Below, in pieces: positions 1 through 6,665 of a stretch of 15,656 nt of DNA. Below the pieces are notes generated by a model. The model did no database searches, was not told the origin of the DNA, and saw only the letters and a list, made by a program, of their open reading frames with translations. Within the stretch, counting starts at the first letter, position 1. Each line of letters begins with the position of its first letter. Source of the DNA: Campylobacterota bacterium (GTDB lineage: Bacteria > Campylobacterota > Campylobacteria > Campylobacterales > Sulfurovaceae); assembly GCA_034722955.1 (NCBI GenBank), contig JAYEOM010000014.1, positions 8,806 through 24,461 on the forward strand. Reading direction: 5' to 3'. Made by a program: the position numbers and the translations under genes.

Positions 1-1
1 A

Positions 2-634
2 GGTCGCGGCACTAAAGTTCCACGATCGGGTTACGAAGTTGACTTGTTCAAAAAGATCAAGGATGCGTTGTCCAAAGGCAAAAGGATAGACCAAGAACAA
101 CTATTATTGATGGGTTTGGAATCAAGTATTGATAAAAAGGGAAATGTAAACCTTCAAGATGTTTTTCTTACGATACATAATGTTACCCGCTTGTTGGCTC
201 GTCCAGAGACATGGTGGGCACCTAAATATTATCCTGGCGTATTGATAGAGACTCCATTTGGCACCAAAGAGTTGACATCTGGTTCAATATACGGAGGACC
301 CAATATGAAGGGGGATAGCATCTATCCAATAATTAGGGATATTTATGATGACAGTCCGGTAGAAGGAGCTGGAAAAGGAGCAAAAACACTCGCACAATTG
401 ACAAAAATGAGGTTGGATAATAGAGTCAAAAAACAGCTTGAAAAACTCAAAATTGAGCTAAAAGTGGAGACTAACCCTGGCAAGAAAAAGAAAATTCAAG
501 AGAAAATTGATTCCCTTATCTACAATAAGGTGCTTTGTCTGAAGCTTTCTCGATTAAGTGCATCAAAAAAAAGAAAAAAAGCTCTGCCAAAAGCTGTCAG
601 CCTAAAGTACAGAAGTCCCGCAACAGCAAGCTGA
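2..634 (+). CDS. 5'-truncated hypothetical protein; probably the upstream part of a frameshifted giant gene continuing in 535..3996
   Basis: The frame is open from nt 2 (GRGTKVPRSGYEVDLFKK...), so the TTG at 44 is not necessarily the start. It overlaps the next ORF by 100 nt in a different frame, across an A-rich tract at 565-580. Confidence 0.6.
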   Translation, partial: GRGTKVPRSGYEVDLFKKIKDALSKGKRIDQEQLLLMGLESSIDKKGNVNLQDVFLTIHNVTRLLARPETWWAPKYYPGVLIETPFGTKELTSGSIYGGPNMKGDSIYPIIRDIYDDSPVEGAGKGAKTLAQLTKMRLDNRVKKQLEKLKIELKVETNPGKKKKIQEKIDSLIYNKVLCLKLSRLSASKKRKKALPKAVSLKYRSPATAS

Positions 635-3600
635 CAAGAGCTACAGTACCTTCAGCTGATGAAAAATCATTTAACAAACCACAGTTAATAACTTCTTTCG
701 GAGGCAGTTTCGAAGAGGAGCGTGTTGGTCATCCTTGTGATCCTTCTATCAAAAGTGGTCCGTTTAAGGTAATAGTGGGAGGCAAGATAGAGGTATGGAT
801 CAAGGGATCCCCACCTATCATCCCAAAGTGGAGCTTGGGTAACAGTAACTCTGGAATAACTATACTCTATGAACCATGGCTTAGCGGTAATAAATACGAC
901 TCCAGCCAAAAACTTATTCACACTTCTGGTGATCTCAAGAGTGGCGAGTCCAAGGTCACAGCTACTCTGCCTGGCCCGGGTCTGCTTACTGCTTGGGTTG
1001 GTCAAGCCGCTGGATCTGGACCACTCAGTGGCAGCTGCTTCAAGCAATCCTTTCAAGCTAGGGTATCACTGGTGGAGACGGTACTACACAGCCCTTTGCG
1101 GGCAGGGGTCAAACTCTCCAGTGATGATATGATAGAAACGCAAGGGAAAGGATACTGCATAATCTCTGTTCCCTGCATGGGCGACATGGTGGTGGGATCC
1201 GATAGCAAGGTTCAGATCAAGGATGATGGTCGTATTTTTGACCTGCAGAGTGGCATTCTACGCGGACGCTCCAGATCAGACTGCAGTGCACCTGCCATCA
1301 AAGCAGGAACCTATCTGATTACTCCTGACGGCACTGAATACCAAGTACACCGCACCGATACAGCCACCCTAGTGCGGGTTCTCTCAGGTAATGTAACGGT
1401 AACTGATCCCCAAGGAGAGTCAATTATAGTTTCAGCCGGATATGAACTCTCACTACCATCGGGCAAAATAGTTCCACTGCAGCCTGACCAGGATGATGGT
1501 GGCAGGGTAGACGGCATCCCTCTATCTGAAATGTTGCTGGATGACGAAGATCCCGAACCTTTTGGAATCTTTCCAGCTTCTCTCGGAAAACAGGGAATGG
1601 AAAACGGCTGGAAATTTATAGACCCAAAAAACGACGCAACGATAACTGCATCAACGGACAGTGGCTTCACTGTTACAGTTCCTAACGAAAATGATATATG
1701 GAGCGAACGGGGAGATGCACCACGCCTTTTTCACAAGGCAACAGGTGACTTTGACCTGGAGGCTGACTTGACAATGACCTGTGCCGGACAACATTTAGCC
1801 ATTAGTGAATTTGCCATAATGGCACCAGGTAGCCATCTGGGTTATTTATCAAAACAGATGACACTGGACTCACCGGCCAGTCATATACAACTTCTCGGTG
1901 GCGGTTGGTATCGTTTAGACAATCGAAACCGTCTTCCTCTGTGGGATAGTAAACTTGCTGAAGGATTTGATCCTGAAGATAGAGCGATACGGTTTCGCTT
2001 GAGTCGTCGGGGAGAGTGGTTTATCACCTGGTGGAGTGCTGACAACAACAAATGGAATCTGGCAGGCTTGCAAAAAATCAATGCCCCACAAACCCTCTGG
2101 ACTGGTCTTGCCTTTAAACGCATGGCTCATGATCACAAACCTGATGCATCCTCGGTAAATCATCTCCGAGAGCTGATCCTAACAACGGGTGAGCCGAGCA
2201 CATTATCTTTGCCTAAATGGTTGGATATCCAAGTCTATGGAAGCATTGCTGCTCAAGGCTTGGATTGGTCTTTCCAGCATGATCCAGACCGTATGGGTGC
2301 ACTGCGCAAGATTCTAAGTCAGCCGATTGCTGGTGACTTCGATGCAGTAGCAAAAGTGAATATGGGTAAAAGTAAAATTTTAGATGGTCAAGGGTATATG
2401 GCTGGCATTCAAGTAGTTGGAAATCATGAAAAAGATCGTACCTATGTGGTACTTAGTGATCATTTCACTCATAAGGGTCGTTATTTTACTGATATGAGCG
2501 TAGCTGGACACTGGGGTGATTATCAATGGAGGGATACAAAAGATAAAAAAGGCTGGGTACGCTTAGTTCGACAAAATGGTATAGTCAACTCCTACTATTA
2601 TAAAGATGGAGGATGGGTACGCTTAGACAAATTTGAGCGTAAATTTGAAGGAGAGCTGCACTTGGAACTTATTAGTAGTAGCAACTGGGATGCTAAGAAA
2701 TCATCAAATTTCATGTCAGAGATTCAATTGGAGAGACTAGTTACTGGGGCTGCGGTGGGTGGTGATTATCGACCTCAGGGATACACTCTAATGTCTGAAT
2801 TACCGTTGCCCTCTCTCAATCTCTCCCCTAATATTTCAGCCAAGCTCTTTCACGCTCCCTACCCAATACAGGGACCTTTTTTTGATCAAGCAGATAATCT
2901 TTATCTGTTTCCAAGTGACAAAAAGAGGCAGGTTTTGATCAAGTTAAACTATTCAGGTATTAGTAGTCAATTCAGCAAAAGTGCAATTTTTACTGGCTTA
3001 AACAGAAAAAGAGGATTATGGCAAAACGGTAAACTTCTTATGACAGTTGACGGTTGGCCAGACGGTGGCAACAGTCATACTGGACTCTATGAGGTAAACA
3101 GGGACGGAACCTTTAAAAAGATCGATCTAGGACGAGAATTGTGGGGACTGGCTGGAATCTCCTCCCTTCCTGATGGTAGTTTATTGCTTAGTGACTTTGA
3201 GTCTGATGGAGTTTGGAAATACGATAACATAGGAAAAATTAGTCAGTTATTAAAAAAACCGCCGACTTGCCCAATGGAATTGACCGTTGACCCGAAAGAA
3301 GGTGCTATTTATCTAGCCAACGCTGCCCAAGGTTATAGCTGTTCTGGAAAATCTGGTCTCTTTGAAGTCAAAAAAGATGGCTCCTTGAAAGAACTTTATC
3401 TCTCCAAGAATAACAAAAACTTGGGTGGTATGGCATGGCTGAATCAAGGTGTTTTCCCTGAAGGACTTTATGCCACGCTAACTGAGCAGGGAAAGCTGAT
3501 CAGGTTAGACAGTCAGGGCAGGACACATATCATTTTAGAAGGTTTGACCCATCCTAGTCAATTGGCGGTGACACAAGATAGTAGAACCTTGGCTATTTGT

Positions 3601-3996
3601 TTGGGCGAAAGGGATCTTTTATTGATTCGAAATAAAAACAGACTAATATCTGTAGATAAACAAGAAACTCTAAAAAAAGCACAGGAGCTATTGCAAAAAA
3701 GTCGTAAATTATGGAAACAGGGGCAACTTCAGCAAGCAGTAGCTACAGTTGAAAATGCTCGAAAACTTTCTAATAAAGATAAAGAGATTATCAAAACACT
3801 CAAAGCAATGAGAAAACAGAAAGAACAGCTTGACGATAAACTGCAGAAGGCTATTGATTTAATCAATCAAGGTAAATTGAAAGAGGCATATAGTGTTCTC
3901 TCTAGTGCTGCTATGATCAGTGATAAATATTCAAAATATATAAAAGTATTACAACAGCTAGAGGATGCAAAAAATATTAAAAGTACTAAAAAATAG
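535..3996 (+). CDS. Large modular protein: FecR domain, two ConA/DUF1349-like beta-sandwiches, NHL/SMP-30-like beta-propeller, C-terminal TPR-like helices
   Basis: 1153 aa ORF. FecR-like segment ~1090-1455 (LSSDDMIET...GTEYQV...VRVLSGNVTV). Lectin-like repeats ~1600-2180 (NDIWSERGDAPRLFHKATGDFDLEA) and ~2215-2740 (GDFDAVAKV...WVRLVRQNG). Propeller blades ~2840-3630 (LPDGSLLLSD, LTVDPKEGAIYLAN, GLTHPSQLAVTQD). TPR-like tail ~3660-3996. True start uncertain. Confidence 0.8.
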   Translation: MSEAFSIKCIKKKKKSSAKSCQPKVQKSRNSKLTRATVPSADEKSFNKPQLITSFGGSFEEERVGHPCDPSIKSGPFKVIVGGKIEVWIKGSPPIIPKWSLGNSNSGITILYEPWLSGNKYDSSQKLIHTSGDLKSGESKVTATLPGPGLLTAWVGQAAGSGPLSGSCFKQSFQARVSLVETVLHSPLRAGVKLSSDDMIETQGKGYCIISVPCMGDMVVGSDSKVQIKDDGRIFDLQSGILRGRSRSDCSAPAIKAGTYLITPDGTEYQVHRTDTATLVRVLSGNVTVTDPQGESIIVSAGYELSLPSGKIVPLQPDQDDGGRVDGIPLSEMLLDDEDPEPFGIFPASLGKQGMENGWKFIDPKNDATITASTDSGFTVTVPNENDIWSERGDAPRLFHKATGDFDLEADLTMTCAGQHLAISEFAIMAPGSHLGYLSKQMTLDSPASHIQLLGGGWYRLDNRNRLPLWDSKLAEGFDPEDRAIRFRLSRRGEWFITWWSADNNKWNLAGLQKINAPQTLWTGLAFKRMAHDHKPDASSVNHLRELILTTGEPSTLSLPKWLDIQVYGSIAAQGLDWSFQHDPDRMGALRKILSQPIAGDFDAVAKVNMGKSKILDGQGYMAGIQVVGNHEKDRTYVVLSDHFTHKGRYFTDMSVAGHWGDYQWRDTKDKKGWVRLVRQNGIVNSYYYKDGGWVRLDKFERKFEGELHLELISSSNWDAKKSSNFMSEIQLERLVTGAAVGGDYRPQGYTLMSELPLPSLNLSPNISAKLFHAPYPIQGPFFDQADNLYLFPSDKKRQVLIKLNYSGISSQFSKSAIFTGLNRKRGLWQNGKLLMTVDGWPDGGNSHTGLYEVNRDGTFKKIDLGRELWGLAGISSLPDGSLLLSDFESDGVWKYDNIGKISQLLKKPPTCPMELTVDPKEGAIYLANAAQGYSCSGKSGLFEVKKDGSLKELYLSKNNKNLGGMAWLNQGVFPEGLYATLTEQGKLIRLDSQGRTHIILEGLTHPSQLAVTQDSRTLAICLGERDLLLIRNKNRLISVDKQETLKKAQELLQKSRKLWKQGQLQQAVATVENARKLSNKDKEIIKTLKAMRKQKEQLDDKLQKAIDLINQGKLKEAYSVLSSAAMISDKYSKYIKVLQQLEDAKNIKSTKK
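565..580 (+). repeat. A8-G-A7 homopolymer tract within the overlap of the two frames
   Basis: Sequence AAAAAAAAGAAAAAAA read directly. It gives two A_AAA_AAA heptamers in the frame of the upstream ORF. Confidence 0.85.
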
Positions 3997-4008
3997 ATGT
4001 AGCCTAAA

Positions 4009-5094
4009 TCAAGGGTGGAGTCTCTCCAGCAGTGCCTCTATTGATAGATTGGAAGTAGGAAGCAGCCCTCTTTTGTTATAGCTTTTTCCATTTGGTGTAA
4101 TAATTTTACCATAAGTAAGGAGTAGAGCATCTCCACCTGTAAGGGGTATAAATTTCTGGACTACACCCTTGCCAAAACTCCTCTTTCCGATAGACTCTGC
4201 ACGATCATTTTGAGTAAGTGCAGCAATAAAAACCTCTGCTGCACTAGCAGTAAACTTATCTTGCAGCAGAAAGGTAGGTCTCCCCTCCATAAGGTCTGAA
4301 GTTGATGCATGATAGTCATTATGGCTCTTTGCAGTTTTTATGGAAGAGATTAGGGTATTTTTGGGAAGCAGCAGGTCAGCACTCTGCAGAGCTGCAAAGT
4401 AATCTCCTCCTCCATTGCCTCTCAGGTCGATTACGATAGGAATACTTTTGGGCCATTGACGCAATATGCCTTGAAGCTCCTGTGGAGTCTCTCCTGTAAA
4501 TCTAACAATTTGGATAATAGCTGTTCCGTTTTCTATAATCGGCTGAACACTCTGAAAGTGCTGCTCCGTGCGCTTGAGTGTGGTTGATTGCAGTTGACCA
4601 GATGATTTTCGTATCTCCAGTGTTACACTGCTATTTTTTTTGCCTCGTATCCAACTACTCACAAGATAAAAATTTTTACCCTCTACTGATCGACCATCTA
4701 CACTGACAAGTTCATCATATTTGGAAATTTTATCTTTTCCCAGATGTTTTTCAGTCGGTATACATAAAATTTTTTCGTATCTATTTTGTTGATATAAAAC
4801 CATACCAACACCTGCATATTCAGGAGTAAGAGTGTGCAAAAAAGCCTGATACTCTTCTTTGCTGAAGTAGTCACCATATCTATCAATCTTGCGGATATAT
4901 AGTTTAAGAATACTTTGTGGGATGCTATGGAGTGTGTCAACATATAGACTCTCCGAAGAGATTTTAGTCAGAGCTTCATAGAAGGAGACCATCTCATCAT
5001 TATTGTACCATTTAGAAGGATTACCATAGAGTGTAAATGTCATACCAATTATCAAAACACTCAGTAATTTACCTATAAATCTAAATTTTATCAA
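4009..5094 (-). CDS. S41A family C-terminal processing (tail-specific) protease, CtpA/Prc-like, exported
   Basis: Signal-peptide-like N-terminus; PDZ-like segment (YAGVGM...DELVSVDG...IRGKKNSSVTLEI); IVIDLRGNGGG; catalytic Ser in TASAAE and Lys in SFGKGVVQ. The TTG start overlaps the end of the upstream gene. Confidence 0.93.
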   Translation of the reverse strand: MIKFRFIGKLLSVLIIGMTFTLYGNPSKWYNNDEMVSFYEALTKISSESLYVDTLHSIPQSILKLYIRKIDRYGDYFSKEEYQAFLHTLTPEYAGVGMVLYQQNRYEKILCIPTEKHLGKDKISKYDELVSVDGRSVEGKNFYLVSSWIRGKKNSSVTLEIRKSSGQLQSTTLKRTEQHFQSVQPIIENGTAIIQIVRFTGETPQELQGILRQWPKSIPIVIDLRGNGGGDYFAALQSADLLLPKNTLISSIKTAKSHNDYHASTSDLMEGRPTFLLQDKFTASAAEVFIAALTQNDRAESIGKRSFGKGVVQKFIPLTGGDALLLTYGKIITPNGKSYNKRGLLPTSNLSIEALLERLHP

Positions 5095-5629
5095 GCAGTT
5101 CCATCTCTTTTAACAGTAGTTTCTGATTTTTTTTTATGAGCTCATATTCATTTTTCATCTGCTTGAGCTCATCATTTTTACTTTGTAGATTCTTAAGATT
5201 ACTACACCCACTCTTGTTGCCAAGTCTGCAAGACTTCTCATAATAGAGTTTTGCTTTTGTACTATTCTGCTCTGACCACTCCTCTGTAAAATAGAGATCA
5301 CCAAGATGACTGCATCCATCACTACTGTTTAATTTGCAAGCTTTATCATAATAGATTTTTGACTTATTATAATCTTTCTCTATCTCTGCTCCAAAGTAAT
5401 ATAGATCAGCCAAATTAATGCACCCTATAGAGTAACTCATAGCACAAGCTTTATCATAATAGAATTCTGCTTTTTCATAACTCTGCATAACACCCTGCCC
5501 CACTTCATAGAGGTAGGCAAGATCGTTACAGTTTTCACTGCTATTTGCATCACAAGCTACTTTGATCTTTTCAAATGATTGTGCCTCTATACCAAGTGTA
5601 AGAACCACTATAAGTAATATATATTTCAC
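5081..5629 (-). CDS. Secreted Sel1-like repeat, cysteine-rich (Hcp-type) protein with a C-terminal coiled coil
   Basis: Repeats LAYLYEVGQGVMQSYEKAEFYYDKAC and LADLYYFGAEIEKDYNKSKIYYDKAC, with four C-X7-C pairs. The likely start is GTG at 5629, 6 nt after AAGG, giving signal peptide MKYILLIVVLTLGIEA. Confidence 0.9.
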   Translation of the reverse strand: MKYILLIVVLTLGIEAQSFEKIKVACDANSSENCNDLAYLYEVGQGVMQSYEKAEFYYDKACAMSYSIGCINLADLYYFGAEIEKDYNKSKIYYDKACKLNSSDGCSHLGDLYFTEEWSEQNSTKAKLYYEKSCRLGNKSGCSNLKNLQSKNDELKQMKNEYELIKKNQKLLLKEMELLDKI

Positions 5630-5641
5630 TATCAACCTTAG

Positions 5642-5663
5642 GGAGGAGAGCGACTACTCCTCC
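5642..5663. other. Intergenic GC-rich hairpin (GGAGGAG-8 nt-CTCCTCC)
   Basis: Perfect 7 bp stem. A T-rich tail follows it only on the + strand; on the - strand it lies 2 nt before the RBS of the Sel1 gene. Confidence 0.65.
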
Positions 5664-5692
5664 TATTTTCTCTATATAAGTCGAGACTATAT

Positions 5693-5905
5693 CTATAGCT
5701 GTCTCTTCAAGCGGGCACTTTTGCGTTTTTGTGCAGCGGTGTCTTGTTCGATATCAGATAGGTGTCTCTCCCGATCATCTAGACGCTGTTCATAAGCTTT
5801 GGGATTGTAGCTAAACAACCCTCCTTGTCGAGGATCAGTTGTGGTTCCAGCACAACCCCCCAAGATTAAAATTGCTAAAATGCCAACCAAATATCTCTTT
5901 TTCAT
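5693..5905 (-). CDS. Small lipoprotein with a coiled coil
   Basis: MKKRYLVGILAILILGG-C lipobox; AAGGAG RBS; starts 12 nt downstream of the preceding gene. Confidence 0.85.
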   Translation of the reverse strand: MKKRYLVGILAILILGGCAGTTTDPRQGGLFSYNPKAYEQRLDDRERHLSDIEQDTAAQKRKSARLKRQL

Positions 5906-5917
5906 CGCTTCTCCTTT

Positions 5918-6550
5918 TTATACGGCTGCAAGTGCAGAGACTGATGCAAGAGCATTGGTATTTTCTCTCAACTGACTATTTTGTTGCTCCATAACCCTAA
6001 TCTCTTGCTCAAGACGGCTCGCTTCTGATCTTTTCCCCATCCTTTTTGCATCTCTCAATACACCTCTTTGTGCTTTTAGTTGGTACTGTGCATCTTTTAA
6101 GGCTTTATTTGCTTTTACCCTCTCTCTATCTATCATCTGTTTTTGTCTACGCATTTGTGTTCTTGAAACTTTATTTTGCCTATAGAGGCGTGCTAGTCTC
6201 TTGGTCTCTGCAATTTTATTTGATAGTTTTGCATTGTATGCCCTCGTATTTCTATTTACTTTACGAGCATCATAGATACAGGCATTCAGCCAATCCTCTT
6301 TGCGTGCATATTTAGCTTTTTCATTTGCTACATGAGAACCATAAGCATATCCTGCTGCGCCACCCAATGTAGCACCCCATGCAGCACCTCGTCTACCTCC
6401 AATAGCCGCTCCAAGCAGAGCACCACCTACTACGCCTACGCCAGTCCCTTCTGCTTTCGTCCGCTGAGAGTCAGTCATATTTTGCTGAGCACATCCAGTC
6501 AAACCTACAATCAGAGCGGCAGAAAATGATAATATAACTATACGCTTCAT
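5918..6550 (-). CDS. Glycine-zipper lipoprotein with a long basic coiled coil (TagQ-like architecture)
   Basis: LTG-C lipobox (Cys20); GTGVGVVGGALLGAAIGGRRGAAWGATLGGAAGYAYG glycine zipper; helical C-terminal half; AAGGATAAGG RBS. Confidence 0.88.
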   Translation of the reverse strand: MKRIVILSFSAALIVGLTGCAQQNMTDSQRTKAEGTGVGVVGGALLGAAIGGRRGAAWGATLGGAAGYAYGSHVANEKAKYARKEDWLNACIYDARKVNRNTRAYNAKLSNKIAETKRLARLYRQNKVSRTQMRRQKQMIDRERVKANKALKDAQYQLKAQRGVLRDAKRMGKRSEASRLEQEIRVMEQQNSQLRENTNALASVSALAAV

Positions 6551-6631
6551 ACCTTATCCTTGTAAACTATTATTAAATAGGTCTTATGCAAAACTTAACT
6601 TTATAAGCTATACCAGAATACCTATTGTTTT

Positions 6632-6637
6632 ATTATA
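6632..6637 (-). promoter_or_regulatory. Possible internal sigma70 -10 box upstream of the glycine-zipper lipoprotein gene
   Basis: TATAAT on the minus strand in the 115 nt intergenic gap; no TG extension. Confidence 0.4.
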
Positions 6638-6665
6638 GAGCAACCAACCTAATTTTTCTTTTAAT

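Noticed and set aside
362..388. EGAGKGAKT as a Walker A motif
   Set aside because: It does not fit GxxxxGK[ST] and lacks the preceding hydrophobic strand.
5081..5629. Beta-lactamase (Hcp) annotation
   Set aside because: Only Sel1 repeats are evident; that label is commonly over-transferred and nothing in the sequence supports catalysis.
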